Origin: an uncultured cyanobacterium
GTDB lineage: Bacteria > Cyanobacteriota > Cyanobacteriia > Cyanobacteriales > CAWCAG01
Assembly (NCBI GenBank): GCA_963793425.1
Contig: CAWCAG010000007.1
Span: 160,001-224,000, forward strand
DNA: 64,000 bases
Reading direction: 5' to 3'
Shown: positions 51,132-61,251 of the stretch, piece after piece
Layout of the letters: the number at the start of each line of letters is the position of its first letter
Position numbering within the stretch: position 1 is the stretch's first letter
Notes under the pieces: model-generated
The model's database searches: none
The model's input: the letters and a program-made list of their open reading frames with translations, nothing else
Told to the model about the DNA's origin: nothing
Program-made: the position numbers and the translations under genes

Positions 51132-51278
51132 CTAGTTTTTCTGTGCTTTCTTATCTCGGTCTTGACGACGGCGATCGCGCCATCCTGCGGAGGTTAAGTA
51201 GACTATGCCCCCAGTGACTAGTATGAGCATAGCCACAGCTGAGAAAAAGAGGAAACTGAGAAGATAATTTTCTGCCAC
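51132..51278 (-). CDS. 48-aa single-TM small protein downstream of petN, not in ORF track
   Basis: Hand translation MAENYLLSFLFFSAVAMLILVTGGIVYLTSAGWRDRRRQDRDKKAQKN (GTG start 6 nt after the petN stop). Confidence 0.75.
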   Translation of the reverse strand: MAENYLLSFLFFSAVAMLILVTGGIVYLTSAGWRDRRRQDRDKKAQKN

Positions 51279-51284
51279 TTGCTT

Positions 51285-51374
51285 TTAAAACCCGTTACGA
51301 CCCCAAACAACCATTGTAATTGACCAAGTGAACAGGACTAAAAGGGATACCCAGCCTAAAGTCAAAATATCCAT
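51285..51374 (-). CDS. petN: Cytochrome b6f subunit VIII (PetN), 29 aa, not in ORF track
   Basis: Hand translation [29 protein letters not shown]. Confidence 0.97.
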   Translation of the reverse strand: MDILTLGWVSLLVLFTWSITMVVWGRNGF

Positions 51375-51453
51375 AATGCGCTTCTAAAAATCTTTGGTAA
51401 ACAATAACTCTACCTACTATGATACTTCTAAGTGGTAGTATCTCCGTAGAATT

Positions 51454-51900
51454 TTGAGAAGCTTACAGGAAGAAAGAATAGAATCAATTAAAGCCGGTCT
51501 ACTCTCCAGTGCTGCTTTTACGTTAGCTTATATGGTTGTAGCTTTGATTAATCATTTTTGGCTAGCAGGTATTTCTCCTCAACTAACTTCATTACAAAGC
51601 ACTACAACTGCTGAGTTTTTATTAAAGCTAGCTGTCTGTTGTCTGAGTGGTTTCCTGTTTGGCATTGCTTATCGCTACATCGTCCGTAGCGATCACAATT
51701 CTCACCTCAGCGAAGGTGCGGTTTTAGCCTTTGGTTTGGTTCGGGGTTTGGCTACGGTGGAAGTAACCAGTAACTTGCTTGCTAATTTGTACTTTCTAAC
51801 TATCTTAACTATCGAAAGTTTAATCTGTTTTGGAATCGCTCGTTTCATTCTTGATTTTGCCTTACATCAATCCTGGATAGAGCCTTATAACCCTCAATAA
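51454..51900 (+). CDS. Conserved hypothetical membrane protein
   Basis: ERIES.KAG, LFGI.YRY.VR.D.N.HL..G.V.AFGLVRGL; start uncertain. Confidence 0.75.
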   Translation: MRSLQEERIESIKAGLLSSAAFTLAYMVVALINHFWLAGISPQLTSLQSTTTAEFLLKLAVCCLSGFLFGIAYRYIVRSDHNSHLSEGAVLAFGLVRGLATVEVTSNLLANLYFLTILTIESLICFGIARFILDFALHQSWIEPYNPQ

Positions 51901-52498
51901 ATATCTTCCTTAAGTTATATTTTGTTAATCAGATTTAGATGACATCAGAAAGTTACCTCTTTAAATTTCAGATAGAAAACCAGCCTACTAAGTAATGTTA
52001 CTTCTAAAAAACATAGTTTCATTTTAAGTGCTTCAGTGTTTTAAAGGAGAATAGTTAACAACTTAATTATTAATTATCACAAGAAGTAGTTAAATTCTCG
52101 ATTACATTAATTATCAAATTAGCTAACCTAATTGTTCCCGCTAAAACTAAATCTAGAGCAATAATTTTACTTGTTTGCTTTAAAATAATATTTTTTATAC
52201 AATCGATAATTATTTAGGAGTAATTGACAAGGTGAGAAATCTGTTTTTGACTTAACATTAAAACTAAGCTATTTTTCAAAAAAGCTATTCTTTTTTCAGA
52301 GAAAATTACTGTCAAACCAACTAAAGTTTTTAGCTACTGTCTCTAGTCTTGACTCCACTGAACCTCCTCTAAGCTAATAACAATTACCAATATGAGGAAT
52401 TATTATCTAGATATTTTCATAAGTTCATTGGCTAGAATTGAGTATATTTAGTCTATCGAGCAGTTTAGATCACGTGTTTTTCTCACTCTCTCAGGGTT

Positions 52499-53926
52499 AT
52501 GCTCAAAAACGCTAACGACATACGCTCTCCCGTCTCTACTAAAATCCCTTATCGAATCATTGTTAACTGGTTAAGAGTTATTGTCTTAATCGTTTTAGAC
52601 ACTATAAGTTTGTCTTTAGCTTGGTTAGCGGCTGAGAGATTAGGTACACCGGTCAATAACTTCAACTTGGTTTGGCAACCTGGACAAGAAGCGCCACTGC
52701 TAATACCCATTTTAATGATTACCTTGGGCATTTTGGCCGCATCTGGACTTTATAGCACAGACGATAAACGGCGCAGCTTCATAGCTTTGCTCAAAGCTAT
52801 GGTTCTAGCTCATACCCTTTTGTTGATTACTGCATTTCTCTACAACCCCAAAACTTGGATATCCCGCTCAGTATTTCTCTGGGCTTGGTTGCTAACCCTT
52901 GTCTTTGTTAGCATAGAGCGTTTTCTGCTGCACTTCGTCATCGTCAACCTACGTCGCCGAAAAGCGGTTTTACGTCCCCTAGTTTTTCTCCTCGGTAACC
53001 CAGAAGATATTACTGGGGCTCAAAAGCTACTTAATCGTTCTAGGGAATTTAAGATTTCTGGGACAGCAGATTTATCAATTCGTGAAGATCCTGAAAAATG
53101 GGCGCAAATGCTCCAAGATATCGCAGAACAGAAGGTTAGCGAAGTATTTGTCTGTTCCTGGCAATCTGTTCAAGACCCGATTATTTTATTTTGGGAACTA
53201 AAATCAGCAGGAATCCAACTAAGAGTTCTACCCATCAGTTTGGATTTACCAGGACAGTGGTCTGAAATAAAAATGATTGGTCAATTTACCACAATTAGAT
53301 TCAGTCCCCCTCCTATTATTGGGGGTGATTTCTGGCTTAAAAGAGGTTTTGATTTGCTTGCTTCATCAACATTGCTACTCTTGCTGAGCATACCATTACT
53401 AATAATTTCTATTTCTATTCAACTAGATTCCCCTGGCTCCATATTTTACAAGCAAACTCGTGTCGGTTTGAAAGGTCGCCATTTCAAAGTCTGGAAATTT
53501 CGTACTATGGTCGCCAACGCTAGCCAATTGCAAAAGCAGCTTGAAGAAAGAAATGAAATTAAAGGAGGAATTTTATTTAAGATTAAAGACGACCCACGCA
53601 TTACTAAAGTAGGTAAGCTGCTGCGACAGTATAGTCTTGATGAATTACCTCAATTAATCAACGTCCTGCGGGGAGAAATGAGTCTGGTTGGCCCCCGCCC
53701 TCTGCCAGTAAGAGATGTAGAAAAGTTTTCAGAAACACACTTTTTGCGCCACGAAGTCTTACCAGGAATAACAGGTCTTTGGCAAGTTAGCGGTCGTTCT
53801 AATGCTGATTCTGAAGAGGTATTTTACTTAGACCTTGCCTATATTCAACATTGGTCTTTGGCTCTTGACTGTAAAATTTTACTAAAAACTATTCAAGTTG
53901 TTCTAGCCAGGGAGGGAGCTTATTAA
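52499..53926 (+). CDS. Priming polyprenyl glycosylphosphotransferase (WbaP/WcaJ family sugar transferase)
   Basis: KR.FD, KFRTM, DDPRIT..G..LR..SLDELPQL.NV..GEMSLVGPRP, PGITGLWQV. Confidence 0.95.
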   Translation: MLKNANDIRSPVSTKIPYRIIVNWLRVIVLIVLDTISLSLAWLAAERLGTPVNNFNLVWQPGQEAPLLIPILMITLGILAASGLYSTDDKRRSFIALLKAMVLAHTLLLITAFLYNPKTWISRSVFLWAWLLTLVFVSIERFLLHFVIVNLRRRKAVLRPLVFLLGNPEDITGAQKLLNRSREFKISGTADLSIREDPEKWAQMLQDIAEQKVSEVFVCSWQSVQDPIILFWELKSAGIQLRVLPISLDLPGQWSEIKMIGQFTTIRFSPPPIIGGDFWLKRGFDLLASSTLLLLLSIPLLIISISIQLDSPGSIFYKQTRVGLKGRHFKVWKFRTMVANASQLQKQLEERNEIKGGILFKIKDDPRITKVGKLLRQYSLDELPQLINVLRGEMSLVGPRPLPVRDVEKFSETHFLRHEVLPGITGLWQVSGRSNADSEEVFYLDLAYIQHWSLALDCKILLKTIQVVLAREGAY

Positions 53927-53927
53927 A

Positions 53928-56204
53928 ATGGAATCCATAGAATTTCCTGAAGAGATAAATGTTCGTAAATACTGGCTAGTTCTCAAAAGACGCTGGTTTC
54001 CTATTACCTTAGTCTTTTTTGCCGTAGTTACCCTAGCTTTTCTTTATGCTTCTCGCAAAGAAAATATGTACAAGGCTAGTGGCAAACTTCTATTTAAAGA
54101 AGACCGCTCTTCTTCTTTAACAGGCTTGGAAGGATTAGACAATTTAACGCAAATCGAAGGTTTGAGTAAGAAAACCGAACCCTTATCAACAGAAGCAGAA
54201 ATCGTTACATCTCGCCCCATTGCTGAAAAAGCTATTAAAGAGCTGAATCTAAGAAACGAAGAAGGTGAATTGCGTGAACCCAGCTTTATTTCCTCTGGGC
54301 TAAAGGTTGAGCCTTTGCCTGGAACAGATGTAATGGAACTTACTTACAAATCAAAAGATCCCAAACTGGCAGCCAGAATAGTTAACGCCATCATGGAAGT
54401 CTACATAGAAAGTGATATTTCTAGCAACAGGGCCCAAGCCGTCGCAGCAAGAGAATTTCTTCAAGATCAACAACCAAAAGCAGAAGCGAGGGTTAGCCAA
54501 GCAGAAGCCGAATTACGGAGATTTAAAGAAGAAAATCGTGTAGTTTCTCTCTCTGATGAAGCTAAAACTGCTGTAGAAACCATTGCTCAACTAGATAGAG
54601 ATATATCACAAGCTAGGGCTGAACTGTCAAAAGTTAGCAGCAAAGCAGCAAAACTTCAAGGACAAATAGATTTGAGTCCTTCTGAAGCTGTAACTGCCAC
54701 TTCTTTGAGCGAGTCTCCTGTGGTGAGAAATTTGCTTGAAGACTACTACATAGCCCAGAGTGAATTAGCAGAAGCTCGCAGTCTTTACAGGGCAGGACAT
54801 CCTAAGGTAGAACAGATAGAGCGTAAATCTGGAGCTTTAAAAGCAGAATTGAGAGCAAATATTCAATCAGTAGCTGGAGATGATATATCCTTAAGCGCCC
54901 TTGACTCGAATCAAAGTGGCGTACCTGTACCTTTGGAAAACCTTCAGTTAGGGCAGGTCGAACAAGGTTTAATTTCTGACTTTGTCCAAGCAGAAGTAGA
55001 AGGCGTAGGTTTGGTTAGCCAACTAGACACCTATATTGATACAAAAAATGCCTACAAAGATAGAGTTAGTAATCTACCTCGGCTAGAACAAAAGCAGGGA
55101 GAGTTGGAACGCCGTTTGGAAGTTGCTAAATCCACTTATACTAGCCTTCTTGGTAGGTTGCAAGAAGCTCAGGTGGCAGAAAATCAAAATGTAGGTAATG
55201 CTCGTGTTATCTCTCCTGCTGAACCTCCAAAAGGCCCCATTCCTTCTAAAGAAAAATTGATTCTTTTAGCTGGGGGGGTAGCTGGGTTGCTCTCTGGTAT
55301 TGCGGCAGCCTTCTTACTCGATCTTATCGATAGTTCCGTCAAAAATGTTAAAGAAGCTAAAGAGATTTTTGGCTATACCTTATTGGGGATTATTCCTCAA
55401 TATGCCAAATCCAGGAAAGCTCGTAAGTTTCTCAAAGAAGAGGAAGAAAAAATTCCTCCTATTTATGTCAAGGATAGGCCCCATTCTCCTATCAGCGCAG
55501 CTTATCAAATGCTACAGGCTAATCTCAAGTTCCTCAGTTCCGATAAGCAACTTAAAGCGATTGTGGTTACTAGTTCTATCCCTCAAGAAGGAAAATCTGA
55601 AGTCTCAGCAAATTTGGCTGTAGCGATCGCTCAAGTTGGCCGTCGCGTCTTGCTGGTAGATGCTGATATGCGAGATCCCACTCAGCATCGTATCTGGGGG
55701 CTAACTAATGCTATGGGTTTAAGCAACGTCCTCGTTGGTGAAGCTGAGCCTAAAGCAGCTATTGAAAATGTCATGCCTAATCTAGACATACTCACGGCCG
55801 GGGTTATTCCTCCCAATCCGGTAGCACTTCTTGATTCTAAGCGTATGGCTTTTTTGATTGAATCTTTTTTAGAAGACTACGACTCAATTGTTTTTGATAC
55901 TCCTCCCTTAGTTGGAGTTGCTGATGCCCCCATTCTAGGTAAGATGGCAGATGGCATTCTTATGGTTGTTAGACCCAAAGTTCTCAACGTCGCTGGTGCA
56001 AAAGCTGCTAAAGACTTTTTGATCCAATCTGGTCAAAACGTTTTAGGTTTAGTTGCGAATGGGGTAATTATCAAAAACGAGCCAGATAGCTATTTTTATT
56101 ACGCTAAAGAGCAATACGGAGCGCAAGCTTACGCCAAACAAAAGCAGGAAGAATTGGGTTTACACAGTCTTTCCCAATTGCCCCGTAACAAAAGCAAGAA
56201 ATAA
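53928..56204 (+). CDS. wzc: Polysaccharide co-polymerase / tyrosine autokinase (Wzc/GumC)
   Basis: Two TM helices, coiled coil, Walker A SSIPQEGKS, DAD.R, DTPP, C-terminal Tyr cluster. Confidence 0.92.
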   Translation: MESIEFPEEINVRKYWLVLKRRWFPITLVFFAVVTLAFLYASRKENMYKASGKLLFKEDRSSSLTGLEGLDNLTQIEGLSKKTEPLSTEAEIVTSRPIAEKAIKELNLRNEEGELREPSFISSGLKVEPLPGTDVMELTYKSKDPKLAARIVNAIMEVYIESDISSNRAQAVAAREFLQDQQPKAEARVSQAEAELRRFKEENRVVSLSDEAKTAVETIAQLDRDISQARAELSKVSSKAAKLQGQIDLSPSEAVTATSLSESPVVRNLLEDYYIAQSELAEARSLYRAGHPKVEQIERKSGALKAELRANIQSVAGDDISLSALDSNQSGVPVPLENLQLGQVEQGLISDFVQAEVEGVGLVSQLDTYIDTKNAYKDRVSNLPRLEQKQGELERRLEVAKSTYTSLLGRLQEAQVAENQNVGNARVISPAEPPKGPIPSKEKLILLAGGVAGLLSGIAAAFLLDLIDSSVKNVKEAKEIFGYTLLGIIPQYAKSRKARKFLKEEEEKIPPIYVKDRPHSPISAAYQMLQANLKFLSSDKQLKAIVVTSSIPQEGKSEVSANLAVAIAQVGRRVLLVDADMRDPTQHRIWGLTNAMGLSNVLVGEAEPKAAIENVMPNLDILTAGVIPPNPVALLDSKRMAFLIESFLEDYDSIVFDTPPLVGVADAPILGKMADGILMVVRPKVLNVAGAKAAKDFLIQSGQNVLGLVANGVIIKNEPDSYFYYAKEQYGAQAYAKQKQEELGLHSLSQLPRNKSKK

Positions 56205-56232
56205 AACTTACTTACTCGGTTGACATAAATCT

Positions 56233-57330
56233 ATGCCAAACCTAAACAGACTCTGGGAAACTCAAGGAGCAGTTGGCTTAGGGATATTATTTTATTTTGC
56301 ATCTCCCTCACCAATACTTGCTCAAATACCAACTTATCCAGCCCAAGAGGCACTACCTTCTGCAAATATTAGATCAAGTCCTTCATTGACTCCTAACGTT
56401 AATTTATCTGATTATTTTCTTGGTACAGGGGATAGGGTCGATATAAATGTTATTGGCTATGAAGAATTTACTAACTTAGAAAGGGTTGTTTTGCCAGATG
56501 GTACGATTACTTTACCTTTACTAGGTAGCGTTAGAGCAGCCGGTAAAACAGCAGAGGGGTTACAAGCAGAATTAAGTGTTCGGCTCAATGAATATCTTGT
56601 TGAGCCTTTTGTCACAGTTAGCATTAGCATTTTGCGACCTGTTGTCGTGAATGTAGCCGGAGAAGTACAACGTCCCGGCCCCGTTCAACTCAACAGCATC
56701 ACCACTAATATTGGTAGGCTTGATTTGAGTGAGCGCGATCGCAGATTGCCTACGGTTAGCGCTGCGTTGATTGCTGCCGGGGGAGTAACCAGAAAAGCAG
56801 ACTTGCGCCAAGTTGTTTTGAGGCGCTTTACAGGAAGAAATAATGCGGTTGTCACAGATATAAATCTTTGGGATGCACTAATTTCTGAAACCCCTCCTGA
56901 AGATTTGATCCTCCAAGACGGAGACTCTATTTTTGTACCCCGTCTTGGAGTTGACTCTGATATCAACCCTAAATTACTATCTCGCTCTAGTCTCGCTCCG
57001 GATACTGTTAATGTTCGAGTTGTAGGAGAGGTAAGAGCGCCAGGACAAGTAAGAGTTAGTCCTGATAGCAGCCTTTCTAGCGCTGTAGCGGCTGCTGGTG
57101 GTCCAACAGATGATGCTGAGTTAAATTCAGTAACTTTTGTCCGCATTAACGAAGAAGGCTTTATTGAAAACCAAGATGTTGATTTAAGTAGTCTGACAGA
57201 TAACTTACAAGTACAAGAAGGAGATGTAATCTTTGTACCAAAAACCAACCTAACGACAGGGTTAGATGCGGCTGAGCGATTGGGGGGACCAATACGCACT
57301 TTGATAAATATTTTGGATTTTATTTTTTGA
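56233..57330 (+). CDS. wza: Polysaccharide export protein (Wza/OPX, SLBB domains)
   Basis: Y.LG.GD, V.PDGTI.LPL.G, V.GEV..PG, GD.I.VP repeats. Confidence 0.9.
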   Translation: MPNLNRLWETQGAVGLGILFYFASPSPILAQIPTYPAQEALPSANIRSSPSLTPNVNLSDYFLGTGDRVDINVIGYEEFTNLERVVLPDGTITLPLLGSVRAAGKTAEGLQAELSVRLNEYLVEPFVTVSISILRPVVVNVAGEVQRPGPVQLNSITTNIGRLDLSERDRRLPTVSAALIAAGGVTRKADLRQVVLRRFTGRNNAVVTDINLWDALISETPPEDLILQDGDSIFVPRLGVDSDINPKLLSRSSLAPDTVNVRVVGEVRAPGQVRVSPDSSLSSAVAAAGGPTDDAELNSVTFVRINEEGFIENQDVDLSSLTDNLQVQEGDVIFVPKTNLTTGLDAAERLGGPIRTLINILDFIF

Positions 57331-57335
57331 ACTAG

Positions 57336-59129
57336 ATGATTAACTATCTTTCTAAGGTTCTATATGTATTGACAGGCCGGAGAATTCAGCTTCTTTTTTT
57401 GCTGTTGATTTTTGGTCTGACATCAATTTTAGAAGCAGTTGGCATTGGGTTAATAGGGCCTTTCCTTAGTCTCGCTTCTCAGCCAGAATCTGTGCAAAAG
57501 ATACCTATGCTTAACTGGCTTTATCAACAACTTGACTTAGAATCAACTAGAGACTTCATACCTATTCTTGGCTTAACAATCATCATCGTATTTTGTCTTA
57601 AATCAGGATTTTACTTTTTAGCTCGTTCCTATATTTTTAAGTTTAGCTTTACACAAAAAAGTATTCTTATTTCTCGGTTGCTAAGTGCTTATATAAAAGT
57701 GCCTTACACTTTTTACTTAAGCAGAAATACTGCTAGCATCATGAAAAATATTATTACTGAAACCACTAAGTTCACTTTGCAATGCCTTTTGCCAATACTG
57801 ACAGGAATTGCTAATTTAGTAGTTATTGTTTTTCTTTTGATAGTACTTGCTTATACAGATTTATCATTACTTGTAATGATACTAGGTATAATTTTACCTA
57901 CGTTCTTCCTCTTTCAAAGATTAGGCAAACAGTTCAAAAAGTGGGGAGATACTAAATCTATTTCTCAACAAGAGATGATTAAGGTGATTAATCATGGTTT
58001 AGGGGGGATCAAGGAAATGCGAGTGATTGGTTGTGAGCGCTACTTTGAAAACCAAATGAAAGAGCAAGCTGAAAATTATTCTCAAGCCGCTACTTTATTT
58101 CAAAGCGCTCAACTATTACCACGCATTTTAATTGAAACCACCTTAGTTGTTTTTTTGATTGCTTTTCTTTCCCTTTCCTTTGTTTTTTCTCAATCTAACT
58201 TTGAAAATATAACTGCGATTATGGGGGTTTTTGCTGTTGCTGTAGTGCGTTTAATTCCTGCTTCGAGTCAGTTTATCCAAGCTTTAGGACAAATACGTAA
58301 TTCAACTTATGCTCTTGATATGCTCTATTTGGATTTGAAAGAAATAGAAAAGCAAACTTTGACTGGTAGTTCTCTATTTACTAAGAGTAGCTTATCTCAG
58401 GTTATTGACCCTATTAATCAAGTTATGGATTTCAATGAGCAAATTGATTTGACTAATGTTAGTTATCGCTATCCTAACGTTGATGAAGAGGCTATCAAAG
58501 ATATTTCCTTGACTATTAAAAAGGGCCAATCTATCGCTCTAATTGGTAAGTCAGGAGCTGGCAAAACAACTCTTGTGGATGTTATTTTAGGTCTTTTAGA
58601 ACCTCAAAATGGGGATATTCGTGTAGATGGTATTTCTGTATATAAGGATGTACGTTCTTGGCAGAATTTAATTGGTTATATCCCCCAATCCATATTTCTT
58701 ACTGATGACACAGTAGAAAGGAATATTGCTTTTGGAGTTCCTGATGAATTAATTGATTCCCAAAGAATAGATCAAGCTATTGAAGCAGCTCAGTTAGTTG
58801 AATTAATTGAACAGCTACCTCAAGGCATAAAGACAAAAGTTGGCGAAAGAGGAGTTCGTTTATCAGGGGGGCAGCGGCAACGTATAGGTATTGCCAGAGC
58901 GCTTTATCATCAGAGAGAAATTTTAGTTCTTGATGAAGCAACTTCGGCTTTAGATAATGAAACAGAGCGTCTTGTTAGTGAAGCTATTAACTCTCTTGCT
59001 GGTACAAAAACAATGATTATTATTGCCCACCGCCTCTCTACAGTAGAAAACTGCGATTTTGTTTATATGTTAGAAGAAGGTCATGTTACTAAATCAGGTA
59101 GCTATGAGGAGGTTGTTCTACAAAAATGA
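57336..59129 (+). CDS. ABC transporter permease/ATP-binding protein (HepA/PglK-like glycan flippase)
   Basis: N-terminal TMD; GKSGAGKTT, LSGGQRQR, LVLDEATS. Confidence 0.9.
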   Translation: MINYLSKVLYVLTGRRIQLLFLLLIFGLTSILEAVGIGLIGPFLSLASQPESVQKIPMLNWLYQQLDLESTRDFIPILGLTIIIVFCLKSGFYFLARSYIFKFSFTQKSILISRLLSAYIKVPYTFYLSRNTASIMKNIITETTKFTLQCLLPILTGIANLVVIVFLLIVLAYTDLSLLVMILGIILPTFFLFQRLGKQFKKWGDTKSISQQEMIKVINHGLGGIKEMRVIGCERYFENQMKEQAENYSQAATLFQSAQLLPRILIETTLVVFLIAFLSLSFVFSQSNFENITAIMGVFAVAVVRLIPASSQFIQALGQIRNSTYALDMLYLDLKEIEKQTLTGSSLFTKSSLSQVIDPINQVMDFNEQIDLTNVSYRYPNVDEEAIKDISLTIKKGQSIALIGKSGAGKTTLVDVILGLLEPQNGDIRVDGISVYKDVRSWQNLIGYIPQSIFLTDDTVERNIAFGVPDELIDSQRIDQAIEAAQLVELIEQLPQGIKTKVGERGVRLSGGQRQRIGIARALYHQREILVLDEATSALDNETERLVSEAINSLAGTKTMIIIAHRLSTVENCDFVYMLEEGHVTKSGSYEEVVLQK

Positions 59130-59155
59130 GTAAGTTGTTCTACAAAAATGAGTAA
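59112..59155. repeat. Exact 22-bp tandem duplication spanning the stop codon
   Basis: GTTGTTCTACAAAAATGAGTAA x2. Confidence 0.95.
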
Positions 59156-59214
59156 TAGGTAATTAACGTAACATCTAAACAATCAAACTTTGTCACTATA
59201 TTAGGGTAATCACC

Positions 59215-60303
59215 ATGACTGCAACTCAGAATAATATTATCAATCAGCAATCAGAAAAAGCACTTCCCAGTTTTTCCATTGTTTATGAAACAGAAAACCT
59301 TTCTAGTGTGGAATTAGATAATATTTATCGTAGTTTAGCTTCTATTTCTCAGCAAGAAGTTTCTCCTGGACAGGCTGAAGAATTTTTAATTATTGATGCG
59401 GGCAATGCACCACCGAATGTAATTGAAGAACTTTGTGCTAAATATCCTTGGATTACAGTGGAGAAAGCTGATGAGATTGGCTATTATGAAGCGAAAATGC
59501 TGGGGGCAAAAATTGTCACTGGAGAGATAGTTGTTTTTTGTGATTCAGATTGTGAATATACCCCCAATTGGTTGAAAGATATATTAAGTACTTTTCTCAA
59601 AGGACCAGAAATTAAAGTTGTCGCAGGAGAGACAAGTACTGCCGTTAGAAACATTTACGAATTAGCAATTGCTAGTAATTATTTCTTTCCTCGTTTTTCT
59701 AAGAAACAAGAGCCTTACCCTTCCAGTAACTATTTTCTCAATGCCGTAGCTTTCCGGCGGGATTTCCTCTTAGAAAACCCCATCCCTACTAACCTTCCTC
59801 TTTATCGAGGTAATTGTCAGTTACACTGTTATTATTTATGCAAACTTAAAGGCTATGATATTTGGAAGCATCCTTTAGCTCGCGCTAAACATGAACCACC
59901 CACTTCATCTTTTATATTTTGGCGTTCTTTGCTAGCAGGAAGAGACAGAATTTATCGCAAATACATTAAGTCGGTGTGGCAAAGTAATCCTAATCTTAAG
60001 GATTTTTCACAGATTGATCTTAACAAAGAGCTTACTAAAAATCAAAGTTTTCAGGAGATTTTCTCGACAATTTTTCGCTCTCCTTTTAAGTTAAGAATGA
60101 TTCTCTCCGTTGTTAGAGAAAATCCTAGCCGTATCTTACTTTTGCCTTTAGCTTTACCTTTCATTCTTTGGTTTGAACTGTTACGCAGTACAGGAACAAT
60201 TATTAGCTACTTTAACCCCAACTGGTTAATGGAGGCTTATAAACGTAAAGAAGAAAAAGAGGAGCAATCTCAAGAGGCTGTTTCTGTATCTGCTGCTAAA
60301 TAG
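59215..60303 (+). CDS. Glycosyltransferase family 2
   Basis: SIV, IID, G...A..G, VVFCDSD (DXD); cluster context. Confidence 0.8.
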   Translation: MTATQNNIINQQSEKALPSFSIVYETENLSSVELDNIYRSLASISQQEVSPGQAEEFLIIDAGNAPPNVIEELCAKYPWITVEKADEIGYYEAKMLGAKIVTGEIVVFCDSDCEYTPNWLKDILSTFLKGPEIKVVAGETSTAVRNIYELAIASNYFFPRFSKKQEPYPSSNYFLNAVAFRRDFLLENPIPTNLPLYRGNCQLHCYYLCKLKGYDIWKHPLARAKHEPPTSSFIFWRSLLAGRDRIYRKYIKSVWQSNPNLKDFSQIDLNKELTKNQSFQEIFSTIFRSPFKLRMILSVVRENPSRILLLPLALPFILWFELLRSTGTIISYFNPNWLMEAYKRKEEKEEQSQEAVSVSAAK

Positions 60304-60386
60304 TTAGAGATATTTAGATTATGAGCTTGTAAAATATCAATCTACAAGCTCAGCACTAATATTAACAGGGTTTGAGGACTTAGGGA

Positions 60387-61250
60387 GTGGACGATTGTCA
60401 GCATTTTATTTTAACAAGATTCAATGTTAAAGTAACCAAGAAAGATAGACCTCACCATATCCATTTAGATCAAAAATGGCTAGCAAAAAGGTTTAATGTT
60501 TTTGAGAAGTTTTGTTATCCATCAGTTAAAGGACAATCGCAGCAAAACTTTCTTTGGTTAGTCTGTTTTGATGTAGATACGCCAGAGATTTTCAAGTCTA
60601 AAATTCAAAAATATGCTCAATGGAAGAAGTTTGTTCCTATCTTCGTTAAATCTGTGTTTAATGATAATGAACCCGCTCCAAAAGAAGTCAAACAAGCTAT
60701 TGTTAGTAATCTAGTAGCACCAACTGAATATGTCTTGACAACAAGGTTAGATACTGACGATGCTATAGCTAAAGATTTTGTGCAAAGATTGCAAGATAAT
60801 TTTCAACAGCAAGATTTGCTATCTTTGAATTTTGCTTATGGTTATGTAATTTACCAAGGTCAAGTTTATCTAAGAAGATATGCAGAAGGTAATCCTTTCA
60901 TCAGCTTAGTTGAAAAAACAGCAAATTTGCAAGGAGCATTTCGCCTAACTCATCATAAGCTCCATACCCTTAATCAAATGAGTTGCATTAAAGGCCAGCC
61001 AGCGTGGTTACAAGTTCTTCATGATAATAATATAGTTCAAACTAGACCCCACCAACTTAAATATATTATGAACACAAGTATGCGTGTTACGTCGCAAAAT
61101 TTGCTTGATAATTTTACGATAGATTTTGATGGTTTAATTGACAAAAACAGTTCTACGGTTGATAGTATTCAAAGCACTTTGGCTAATCTTAAATCTCTTA
61201 ACTCAATCAGTAAAGTCAAGAATCTAGCAAGAATACTTCTTAAGCGTTAA
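60387..61250 (+). CDS. Putative (rhamnosyl-type) glycosyltransferase
   Basis: H.ILTRFN, R...FE.FC.PS...Q, WL..D, TRLD.DD. Confidence 0.75.
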   Translation: MDDCQHFILTRFNVKVTKKDRPHHIHLDQKWLAKRFNVFEKFCYPSVKGQSQQNFLWLVCFDVDTPEIFKSKIQKYAQWKKFVPIFVKSVFNDNEPAPKEVKQAIVSNLVAPTEYVLTTRLDTDDAIAKDFVQRLQDNFQQQDLLSLNFAYGYVIYQGQVYLRRYAEGNPFISLVEKTANLQGAFRLTHHKLHTLNQMSCIKGQPAWLQVLHDNNIVQTRPHQLKYIMNTSMRVTSQNLLDNFTIDFDGLIDKNSSTVDSIQSTLANLKSLNSISKVKNLARILLKR

Positions 61251-61251
61251 T

